Below, in pieces: positions 9,601-17,089 of a DNA stretch of 32,000 nucleotides. The stretch comes from Geotalea uraniireducens Rf4 (GTDB taxonomy: Bacteria; Desulfobacterota; Desulfuromonadia; Geobacterales; Geobacteraceae), in assembly GCF_000016745.1 (NCBI RefSeq), contig NC_009483.1, forward strand, positions 570,001-602,000, written 5' to 3'. Within the stretch, counting starts at the first letter, position 1; each line of letters opens with the position of its first letter. The translations under genes and the position numbers were made by a program. Below the pieces are notes generated by a model, which saw nothing but the letters and a program-made list of their open reading frames with translations, was not told the origin of the DNA and ran no database searches.

Positions 9601-10831
9601 CTGTCATATACTTCAGCCCGCAACCGGCAGTCACACCAAGCACCTCACGGGTCTTGCGGGTAAATTCTTTGCAAACGCTGTCTGCGCTGATTGCCATAAC
9701 GGCGCAGTCCAGGGTACATCAGTCAACGCAAACCATCTTGATAGCAACATCGATGTCTACAAGACAACAGCCGGCGACCTCGGCTATTCCGCAAATAAGC
9801 TCAAGGGGAGCCCCTACGCATCCTGTACCACAACCTACTGCCATTCAAACGGTAGGGGGGGGTATCAGTCGCAACTCTGGGGTGCTACCAATCTCAACTG
9901 TTCATCATGTCACCCGAATCTTACCGGCGCCCATGGCAAGCATGTGAAGGACCTTCTCACTACAGTGACCTTCTACGCCTATACGTCAAACAAATCGGCA
10001 GGCGACGACACATTGGCCGGATGGGGATATAAGTTCGGTTGCGCCAACTGCCATCCTACGGCTGCTACAAGTCATCTGAACGGTTCCATTGATGTCCAGG
10101 TTAATAACGTAGCCGGTGTAGGCACACTGAGATCCAAGAACCCAGTGGGTGCTGCGGTGAATGTGGTTGTCACAGGATCGAATGTTACCTGTACGGCAGT
10201 TTATTGCCATAGCGACGGTAAGGCCACCCCAACCGGCACCAGTCCTAACTGGTATGCGACCTTCCCGGCCGGCAGTGACCGTTGCGCACAATGCCATGGC
10301 AACTCGCCGACAACCGGTGCCCATCAGGCCCATGTGGTTGGCATCCACCAGGATAACATCTTCAATGGCGCAAGCGGCAAACTGCTAGCTGGTACTACCA
10401 ACTCAAGCCATGGCGATGCCACCCAGTCCACCACCATAAACTGTAATATCTGTCATAGCCTGACCGTCACATCGGCCCGCAATGATGAGAACCTGGCCTG
10501 TATCGGTTGTCACTCTGCAAAGACAAACAAGGCATCCATCGCTTATCTGGGTAACCATGTCAATGGCCAGGTCAATTTCAGCTTCGCAGCGGTAGCTGTA
10601 AAATCCAGGGCACAGGTCAGAGATGGCAGCTTCGACAGCTACTCAGGTGCATGGGGACGGAATGCCAATTCTTATAAGGCTGGCGCCACACCGTATGACG
10701 CCGCGAAGAAAGCCCTTGACAATACCATGTGGAGTGCTGGAAACTGCTCGAACATAGCTTGCCACAACGGCAAGACGGTTAACTGGAACGATACGACGGT
10801 TACTTGTGAAAGCTGTCACACCGGCCTGTAA
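6692..10831 (+). CDS. giant exported multiheme c-type cytochrome (~38 heme-type motifs), paralog of 2750..6595
   Basis: The ORF opens at 6650, but ATG 6692 has the same AGGAGTCAAG RBS-spacer context as gene 2 and starts a signal peptide (MKTFYSAGYFRKPALFLLLSLMTIFVFAASAFA). I count 26 CXXCH and 12 CX4CH. The gene contains a 597-bp repeat array of about 3.5 copies. Confidence 0.93.
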   Translation: MKTFYSAGYFRKPALFLLLSLMTIFVFAASAFALTGNKIDQCYDCHGSPGDNRPLDAVYRDMTSGAFPGNHRTHMASTATASSCVPCHNNSGFTIDHRNGKIQFAANVNTSPATGKYMKYGFQAFTSSQVSSPTLGTCATVNCHFESITPTWGSSAASTNCDTCHAAQPSTLSHPKHVTAFGGTASCIKCHPNRTTFEHATSAGNAGRNIAVTIGSYAGSNYNYLPSQSATRTAGSCSALYCHSSGQSATGGALTGGDYVTATWDSAASGACGTCHKNTAATIASGSHNKHLNAAGSAGCVDCHVGVTGDGVSYNSTRHVDTFINVTGAYSQGKASTPGNGYGTCSAAACHDNGTGTKVITPTWGNTAAACTACHALQPATGSHTKHLSTTQYTKANCASCHASAVEGSNGGTGHLDGNIDAINGYPANKTKGSAYATCNAAYCHSPGQSVTGGALTTEYATITWGGTAACGSCHNATKATIASGSHNKHLNAAGSAGCVDCHVGVTGDGVSYNSTRHVDTFINVTGAYSQGKASTPGNGYGTCSAAACHDNGTGTKVITPTWGNTAAACTACHALQPATGSHTKHLSTTQYTKANCASCHASAVEGSNGGTGHLDGNIDATNGYPANKTKGSAYATCNAAYCHSPGQSVTGGALTTEYATITWGGTAACGSCHNATKATIASGSHNKHLNAAGSAGCVDCHVGVTGDGVSYNSTRHVDTFINVTGAYSQGKASTPGNGYGTCSAAACHDNGTGTKVITPTWGNTAAACTACHALQPATGSHTKHLSTTQYTKANCASCHASAVEGSNGGTGHLDGNIDAINGYPANKTKGSAYATCNAAYCHSPGQSVTGGALTTEYATITWGGTAACGSCHNATKATIASGSHNKHLNAAGSAGCVDCHVGVTGDGVSYNSTRHVDTFINVTGAYSQGKASTPGNGYGTCSAAACHDNGTGTKAVTPTWGDTAAACTACHILQPATGSHTKHLTGLAGKFFANAVCADCHNGAVQGTSVNANHLDSNIDVYKTTAGDLGYSANKLKGSPYASCTTTYCHSNGRGGYQSQLWGATNLNCSSCHPNLTGAHGKHVKDLLTTVTFYAYTSNKSAGDDTLAGWGYKFGCANCHPTAATSHLNGSIDVQVNNVAGVGTLRSKNPVGAAVNVVVTGSNVTCTAVYCHSDGKATPTGTSPNWYATFPAGSDRCAQCHGNSPTTGAHQAHVVGIHQDNIFNGASGKLLAGTTNSSHGDATQSTTINCNICHSLTVTSARNDENLACIGCHSAKTNKASIAYLGNHVNGQVNFSFAAVAVKSRAQVRDGSFDSYSGAWGRNANSYKAGATPYDAAKKALDNTMWSAGNCSNIACHNGKTVNWNDTTVTCESCHTGL
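7114..9236 (+). repeat. segmental duplication copy B (partner 3157..5279)
   Basis: See copy A. The copy-specific variants DAINGYP / DATNGYP / DAINGYP occur in the same order in both genes. Confidence 0.95.
7538..9640 (+). repeat. in-frame tandem repeat, period 597 bp (199 aa), about 3.5 copies
   Basis: Unit starts fall at 7538, 8135, 8732 and 9329. The fourth copy carries several substitutions (for example GGATGCG to GGTTGCG near 9379) and diverges after about 9640. Confidence 0.95.
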
Positions 10832-10850
10832 CTGCTAATTTAATCTGCCT

Positions 10851-10871
10851 GGTTCACCTCATGGGTGGACC
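10851..10871 (+). other. weak intergenic hairpin between cytochrome genes 3 and 4
   Basis: GGTTCACC (10851-10858) pairs with GGTGGACC (10864-10871) with one G-U pair and loop TCATG, followed by GGGTTTC. The U-tract is poor. Confidence 0.25.
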
Positions 10872-10927
10872 GGGTTTCATTCAAATCGTTCCTGTTTGAT
10901 ACAATTCCATTACGAGGTGAAGTCACC

Positions 10928-13900
10928 ATGGGAAAGAAGATAGCAAAAAAAATTCGAGGCATGAATCTGGGCGCCAAGATTAGCCTGATAACGCTGGCGA
11001 CCCTGCTGGTCTCTGTGTTCATGTATGAGGGATGGTATAAACCGTATTCAGTACACGCGGTTGCGAAGACCTACAACATAGACGATAGTACCGGTGTTAC
11101 TATCGCGACAGGTGTTACGACTAATACGGTCAGTGGCACAAACCCTACATCAGCTACGCCAACGCCTGATGTGAATGAGATGAAAACGGTTGCGGCGACC
11201 ACTACCTCAAACAGAACAACCGGCACTTACACGGCTGGGGCTACAATGCTTGAGTCGATCTACAACACTGCCTATGCAACTTCAACGACAGTGACCGGCA
11301 CGTCTTATTTTGGAAGACTTAGAGATGGTTCTGGTGGATATACCGTTGGTTTCCAGCTGTTTTATGTTGCCGCAAACGGAACAAAGACAAACTTTACCGG
11401 TGCTCAGGCTACACAGGCACTTACTTCTGGCGCAAGCGCTGATTATACCGTAAGTCTTGCCGCTCAGTCTGCTACGGTGCCTGCTGGCTCCAAGCTTGGT
11501 ATACGTATAATTTACGTTTCTGGTGCTTCAACTGACGCACGTGTATATTACGGCAGCACAGCTTCGTCAACCAGCACTCCTGGCGGGGTTGTAACTGTAG
11601 ATGAGGTTGCTGCTGACGCCACTAAGCCAACAGTGACGGCCTTTACCGTGCCATCCACCTCAAGTTCACTGACTATTTCCGGGATTACCTTCACAGCATC
11701 CGACAATGTCGGTGTAACAGGTTACCTGATCAACGAGAGCGCAACCCCTCCTGCGGCCGCTTCCATTACTTCCAGTACCGCACCAACTTCCTACACAGCC
11801 GCCACAGAGGGTACAAAAACCCTGTACGCCTGGGTCAAGGACGCCGCCGGTAACGTTTCCAATGTCTATACCGGTCAGACGTGCACAATTACCCTGCCTG
11901 ACACCACCAAGCCGACGGTTACGGCATTTACCGTGCCTGCCACTTCAAGCTCACTGACTATTTCCGGGATTACCTTCACCGCATCCGACAATGTGGGCGT
12001 AACCGGTTACCTGATAAACGAGAGCGCCACCCCCCCTGCGGCCGCTTCCATTACATCCGGTACCGCACCAACTTCCTATACCGCTGCCACAGAGGGTACA
12101 AAAACCCTGTACGCCTGGGTCAAGGATGCAGCGGGGAACGTTTCCAATGTCTACACCAGTCAGACCTGCACCATAACATTAGCTGATACGACCAAGCCAA
12201 CTGTGACGACTTTTACCGTACCTGCCACCTCTAGCTCGCTGACTATTACCGGGATTACCTTCACCGCATCCGACAACGTGGGCGTAACCGGTTATCTGAT
12301 CAACGAGAGCGCTACACCACCCGCAGCGGCGGCGATTACCCTCGGCACTGCACCAACTTCCTACACCGCTGCTTCAGCCGGGGCAAAAACCCTTTACGCC
12401 TGGGTCAAGGACGCCGCCGGGAACGTGTCAAACGCCTTCACCGGGCGGGCGTGTACCATTACCCTGGACACGACCAAACCGACGGTAACGGCCTTTACCG
12501 TGCCTGCCACCTCAAGCTCCCTGACTATTTCCGGGATTATCTTCACTGCATCCGACAATATCGGCGTAACCGGTTACCTGATCAACGAGAGCGCCACCCC
12601 CCCTGCGGCCGCGGCGATTACTCTCGGCACTGCGCCAACTTCATACACCGCAGGTTCAGCCGGGACAAAAACCCTGTACGCCTGGGTCAAGGATGCCAAT
12701 GGGAATGTTTCCAATGCCTATGCTGGTCAGTCCTGTACAATTACTGTAGTCATAACCAGCCCGCTCATGCATAACGCCGCCAATGTCAACCCGACAAACA
12801 CAAAAGGGTACGGTGCCGACTGGGGCTCGACCTTCACCTGCGCCACCTGCCACGCTGAGAACACCAGCAACGTAAAAATCGTCGCTACCACTGTTGCCAC
12901 CCCGAATGGTAACCGAAACGTCGTGTTTACCCGGATGACCTCGACCTCCAACGCCCTGAACGGCGTGTTCGGTAACGACAATCGTACTTACGCCGGTAAC
13001 GGTACAGGCGGCTCTTCCAACATCTGCGAGGTCTGTCACCGGAAGACAACGTTCCATCGCTACAGTGCCAACGCCCCGGACACGACCCACTACAACAACA
13101 AGCTTTGTCTTACATGCCATCCCCACGGGGCCGGCTTCAAGGGTAGTGGTCATACCGTGCCATATTATGCAACAAGCACCGGCCACACCGGCTGTGCCAC
13201 CGGCATCGGTTGCCACACCAACAGCACTCCCGGAGGAACCTATCCAACTGCAGGCACACCGCCTGATTGTCAAGCCTGCCACACCAAGGGCGATCCCACA
13301 ACTGCCGGCATCGGTTGTGGCAGCTGTCACGGTGCGGCCGGTGGTACGGGCGAGCCGAATGGCACTGTCCATCCTGATGCAGTGGGGAGTCACCCCAAGC
13401 ATACTGCTCTTACCACTTGTACCAACTGTCATGATGTCGGCGGTGATGTCGGCGGCAATGCTGACCATGGCAGAGGAAACAGGGATACGAATCCAAAGAC
13501 CGTTAATCTTGCCGCAGGCCTTGGGTGGAATGGCACCAACACTAACTGTACCACGGCCAGCTGCCATGCGAACCCATATAGTACAACTGGGTCCATAACA
13601 TCTCCTGCCTGGGGCACGATCGCAGGTTGTTCTGCCTGTCATACCGGAACCGGCCTGTTCCAGGCAAACGGAGCTCCTAATACCGGTGGTCATGCAATCC
13701 ATATGACAGCAGGCGCTGCATGTGGTGACTGTCACACCGGTGCTGTATCAGGTACAAGCGGTGGAGCAAATCATGCCAATGGCGTGGTCAATGTGGCGAA
13801 CGGCTACAACGGTGGTTTGCCTGTCACCAAGCATGCCGCTGGTTCTGGATACTCTACCTGTACGGCAGCTACATGTCACGCCAACCCATACGCTTCCGGA

Positions 13901-15418
13901 TCTATTACCACAAATGTGTGGAGCCCGACCAGCAGCGGATGCGGAGCTTGTCATAAAAATGATGCTACCAACGGCAACCTTGGTGCATTTGTTGCGTATT
14001 CGTCTCCCTCAACACAGCTTGGCCCCAAAACCGCCAGTCATGAGGAACACCTGAATTATAATCGTTACGTTTGCGCTGATTGTCATTCAGGCGCCGTGTC
14101 CGGATCGACCGGTGGTGCCGCCCATGGCAATAGCGTGGTTAATGTAATCCAGTATGCAAGCACTATAACCAAGCACCAATCTCCGTTTACGTATCTAGCA
14201 AACGGCTGTACTACGTCATGTCATGGTGCTGCAACATGGGGTGCCACGCTTGGGTGTATTAATTGCCATTCAGCTTCAATTACTCGTACAAAAGGGCGTG
14301 CAGGCAAGACATTGGCAGCTGTTACGACTGAATTCGGCCTGGCTTGGGGACACAAGAAGACCGGACGGGGCGCGGTAACCGACGCAGACTGTATCGTTTG
14401 CCACCTGGAGGGTAATTTTACCACTAAAAGAACGTCCAAATTCCACGCGAACGGCAACATCGACCTGCGTGACCCGGATGTCCAAGGGGAAACGCCAATT
14501 ACCGATATATCCGGCGCGGCGTTTACCTTCCAGCGCTTCTCAACATCCTATGCCGCCGGTTCCAGAACTACTACTGTTAACAACACAATTGCCAACGTAA
14601 TTTCCCAGAAATTCTGCATGAAATGCCATGACTCAGGTGGGGCAGCCAATACGACAGCTCGGACAACGGGTGGTACAAATGCCATGCCGTTTGGCGGCAT
14701 CGCTTTGGGTACAAACTACACCGCGGCGAATAACGCAATTGGAACCCAAGGTACTATTGACGTCGCGACACAGCTTGCCACCACTAACGCGTCGTTCCAC
14801 CCGGTACTCGGGCCGCGCAATGCCGGGTATCCGACTCCCAGCTTGATGAAAGCGCCATATAACAACTTCACCCGGACCGCCGGCACCAAGGCGAACAGTG
14901 TTGTGATCAACTGCTTCGACTGTCACAACACGCCGACACCAATGACGCTTCGTACCGTTTCCGCACACGGTAATGCGGTAACGCTGCGCGGCAATGCAAC
15001 GGCAAGCGGCAGTTCGCCGAATGCGACAACTGGAGCCACGCTGTGTCTTGCCTGCCATGCGGTGCTGGCAAACAGCTATCATGGGGTTGGCTCTGCAATA
15101 GGGTCCAGTACCAACAGCGGGATGACCGCCACCATGAGCTACGGCTGCAACATGTGCCACGGCGCTTCATACAACACTGCAACGGTGCGTCCGGTACGCG
15201 CTCAGGATGTCCATGGCTACCCGAGCACGGTCAGTGGCGCGACGACCTATAAAAAGGCCTTTATCCGAGGCAATACTTCCGAGGGGTATATAACAGCTCA
15301 TCAGCCAAAGAGCATTACAACTCCTGCGTATAGCGGTACTGCTTCCTGTACCGGCATGGGCGGTACTATCTGCGGCGGTTCCCGTACTAAAACGTACACC
15401 CCGGGGGGTGTCTATTAA
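10928..15418 (+). CDS. membrane-anchored fusion protein: N-terminal TM helix, Thr/Ser-rich beta-sandwich-like region, four Ig-like repeats, C-terminal ~20-heme cytochrome domain
   Basis: The ORF opens at GTG 10865, but ATG 10928 is preceded by GAGGTGA (10914-10920) and yields MGKKIAKKIRGMNLGAKISLITLATLLVSVF, a basic N-terminus followed by a TM segment. The C-terminal ~900 aa carry 16 CXXCH, 2 CX4CH, 1 CX3CH and 1 CX5CH (CATGIGCH, nt 13193-13216). A strong terminator follows. Confidence 0.9.
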   Translation: MGKKIAKKIRGMNLGAKISLITLATLLVSVFMYEGWYKPYSVHAVAKTYNIDDSTGVTIATGVTTNTVSGTNPTSATPTPDVNEMKTVAATTTSNRTTGTYTAGATMLESIYNTAYATSTTVTGTSYFGRLRDGSGGYTVGFQLFYVAANGTKTNFTGAQATQALTSGASADYTVSLAAQSATVPAGSKLGIRIIYVSGASTDARVYYGSTASSTSTPGGVVTVDEVAADATKPTVTAFTVPSTSSSLTISGITFTASDNVGVTGYLINESATPPAAASITSSTAPTSYTAATEGTKTLYAWVKDAAGNVSNVYTGQTCTITLPDTTKPTVTAFTVPATSSSLTISGITFTASDNVGVTGYLINESATPPAAASITSGTAPTSYTAATEGTKTLYAWVKDAAGNVSNVYTSQTCTITLADTTKPTVTTFTVPATSSSLTITGITFTASDNVGVTGYLINESATPPAAAAITLGTAPTSYTAASAGAKTLYAWVKDAAGNVSNAFTGRACTITLDTTKPTVTAFTVPATSSSLTISGIIFTASDNIGVTGYLINESATPPAAAAITLGTAPTSYTAGSAGTKTLYAWVKDANGNVSNAYAGQSCTITVVITSPLMHNAANVNPTNTKGYGADWGSTFTCATCHAENTSNVKIVATTVATPNGNRNVVFTRMTSTSNALNGVFGNDNRTYAGNGTGGSSNICEVCHRKTTFHRYSANAPDTTHYNNKLCLTCHPHGAGFKGSGHTVPYYATSTGHTGCATGIGCHTNSTPGGTYPTAGTPPDCQACHTKGDPTTAGIGCGSCHGAAGGTGEPNGTVHPDAVGSHPKHTALTTCTNCHDVGGDVGGNADHGRGNRDTNPKTVNLAAGLGWNGTNTNCTTASCHANPYSTTGSITSPAWGTIAGCSACHTGTGLFQANGAPNTGGHAIHMTAGAACGDCHTGAVSGTSGGANHANGVVNVANGYNGGLPVTKHAAGSGYSTCTAATCHANPYASGSITTNVWSPTSSGCGACHKNDATNGNLGAFVAYSSPSTQLGPKTASHEEHLNYNRYVCADCHSGAVSGSTGGAAHGNSVVNVIQYASTITKHQSPFTYLANGCTTSCHGAATWGATLGCINCHSASITRTKGRAGKTLAAVTTEFGLAWGHKKTGRGAVTDADCIVCHLEGNFTTKRTSKFHANGNIDLRDPDVQGETPITDISGAAFTFQRFSTSYAAGSRTTTVNNTIANVISQKFCMKCHDSGGAANTTARTTGGTNAMPFGGIALGTNYTAANNAIGTQGTIDVATQLATTNASFHPVLGPRNAGYPTPSLMKAPYNNFTRTAGTKANSVVINCFDCHNTPTPMTLRTVSAHGNAVTLRGNATASGSSPNATTGATLCLACHAVLANSYHGVGSAIGSSTNSGMTATMSYGCNMCHGASYNTATVRPVRAQDVHGYPSTVSGATTYKKAFIRGNTSEGYITAHQPKSITTPAYSGTASCTGMGGTICGGSRTKTYTPGGVY
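11621..12750 (+). repeat. four diverged tandem coding repeats of 285/285/282/~280 bp (94-95 aa Ig-like units)
   Basis: The TKPTVT(A/T)FTVP(S/A)TSSSLTI(S/T)GI(T/I)FTASDN(V/I)GVTGYLINESATPPAAA..KTLYAWVKDA(A/N)GNVSN unit starts at 11621, 11906, 12191 and 12473. Many synonymous differences separate the copies, so the repeats are old, unlike the 597-bp arrays. Confidence 0.85.
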
Positions 15419-15474
15419 TCATCCAGAAACTGGTGACTTGAGTAATAATTGCTTTCCTGCATTGTTATAACAAC

Positions 15475-15508
15475 ATGCCCCCCTTGGACTAAAGGGGGGC
15501 ATTTTTTT
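15475..15508 (+). terminator. Rho-independent terminator after cytochrome gene 4
   Basis: Perfect 11-bp stem ATGCCCCCCTT (15475-15485) / AAGGGGGGCAT (15492-15502) with a 6-nt loop, then a T-run through 15508. Confidence 0.85.
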
Positions 15509-15533
15509 GAATCACAATGGAGATATCTTCAGC

Positions 15534-16907
15534 ATGAAACCAAATATTGCCTATAGCCTCGCCCACGCTCTGCTTCTTTGCGTACTTGCAGTCACAATTG
15601 GATGCGATAGCTATCATACGGGTACTAACCTAGAGACTGCTTTCAGGTACACGACCGCCGTCTCGGAGCGGGCCGGCATCCTCGAGATATTAGAACCGGC
15701 ACTGCTTGACTCGGCATCGGCAGCAGAGAGTGACGGATTGACGTCGTACTTTAATGAGACGGGGACTGGTGCTGCTTCCGTCGTCAAAACAGGACCATCA
15801 TCTTTCCGGGTGCTTCACAAGCACAAGGTCAGTGGCGAATACGCCGGGGTCGAGTCTGTTACCTTAAGCCCGGACGGCCGCCGGTTAGCCTTTGTCATTC
15901 CTGAAAACGGCAAGTTCCGTATGGTCATCGATGGCAGAATGGGGAGGCCATTCGAGCAGATCGGGTCACCGGTCTTCACGCCGGATTCGCGTCATCTTGC
16001 CTATAAAGTGAAATCAGGTGCACTCTGGCGGCTGATTGTCGACGAGAAGCTGGCGGATGAGCGTTTTCTTGTCTATGGAGAACCTCGCATGAGCAAGGGA
16101 CTGTCCAGGATCATCATTATGGAAAAGGCATCGGAACAGAGTCCGTACGCCATCGTTGCCTATACGTCAGACCTGAAACGGACGGTGATCAAGGAGATTC
16201 CGGCCCAGGACGTCTATTTTGATCAGGACGTAATGACAGCTGCTGCAATAGTTGTAAAGGACAACAAAAAGCGGGTGGTTGTCTTCACCCTGAGGGAACC
16301 GGGTACGGTTCGTGAGGGTGCGGAATTTGATGAGATCACGCAACTGGTTTTTGATAAGACCGGCAGATCCCTAGCGTATGTAGGCCAAAAAGGTGCTGAG
16401 AAATATCTTGTTCTGGATGGTCAAATCGAGCCGTTGTCCGGTGCGAGTCTGGGAGAACACCCGGTAATCAGCCCGAACCAGAAAAGCCTTGGCACAGTGC
16501 TGGTGACCGATTTGGTGTATTATCATCAGGCGTTTATGCCACAGGCCTCCGACGAGAAGAAGTATGATGCGATAAACGAACTGACGTTCGCGCCGGATGG
16601 GCGCCGGCATGTGTATACGGCCGAAAAAAAAGGGCGTTGTTTCGTGGTAGTCAACGGCAAGGAAGGGCCTCCGTTTGACCGCGTCGTCTCGCCTCGATTC
16701 AGCCCTGACGGGCGGTTCTTGACCTATCGTGCTCGCCAGGACGGCAAACGATTTCTCGTGGTTGCGGATGCAGACGGCCGAATGATCAGGCGGCACCCGG
16801 CATTTGACATGGTGTTCGAGCAGGTTTACACAGCCGATGGGAAATCTGTGGCATATGGTGTGAAGGATGGAAACAAACTGGCATGGCGGGTGGAAAAGCT
16901 CGATTAG
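15534..16907 (+). CDS. PD40/TolB-like beta-propeller repeat protein, probable lipoprotein
   Basis: The TTG at 15507 lies inside the terminator T-tract. ATG 15534 has GGAGA 10 nt upstream and gives MKPNIAYSLAHALLLCVLAVTIGC, a signal peptide with a non-canonical lipobox. About 7 repeats of the type (S/T/A)PDG(R/K)xxA(F/Y) follow, for example SPDGRRLAFV, TPDSRHLAYKV, APDGRRHVYTA, SPDGRFLTYRA and TADGKSVAYGV. Confidence 0.8.
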   Translation: MKPNIAYSLAHALLLCVLAVTIGCDSYHTGTNLETAFRYTTAVSERAGILEILEPALLDSASAAESDGLTSYFNETGTGAASVVKTGPSSFRVLHKHKVSGEYAGVESVTLSPDGRRLAFVIPENGKFRMVIDGRMGRPFEQIGSPVFTPDSRHLAYKVKSGALWRLIVDEKLADERFLVYGEPRMSKGLSRIIIMEKASEQSPYAIVAYTSDLKRTVIKEIPAQDVYFDQDVMTAAAIVVKDNKKRVVVFTLREPGTVREGAEFDEITQLVFDKTGRSLAYVGQKGAEKYLVLDGQIEPLSGASLGEHPVISPNQKSLGTVLVTDLVYYHQAFMPQASDEKKYDAINELTFAPDGRRHVYTAEKKGRCFVVVNGKEGPPFDRVVSPRFSPDGRFLTYRARQDGKRFLVVADADGRMIRRHPAFDMVFEQVYTADGKSVAYGVKDGNKLAWRVEKLD

Positions 16908-17089
16908 ATGTAGCCTTTAAATTTGCATAAATATGGCCCGTCACTGAGGACATGGAGTCATACAAAGAACTCTCTTAATAATGGCGGTCGGAATAACACA
17001 GAGCGCTAATCTTCAGCCAGATTTTATTCCTTCCCTTGAATGTGAAAACAGAAAGAAATGCCCGGATGTGACATCAAGGAGAATTGCCA

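Noticed and set aside
3581-12750. Periodic repeats considered as a CRISPR array or satellite
   Set aside because: The periods are 597 bp and ~285 bp, in frame inside long ORFs, and they encode heme-motif or Ig-like modules. There is no short repeat/unique spacer organisation and no cas genes.
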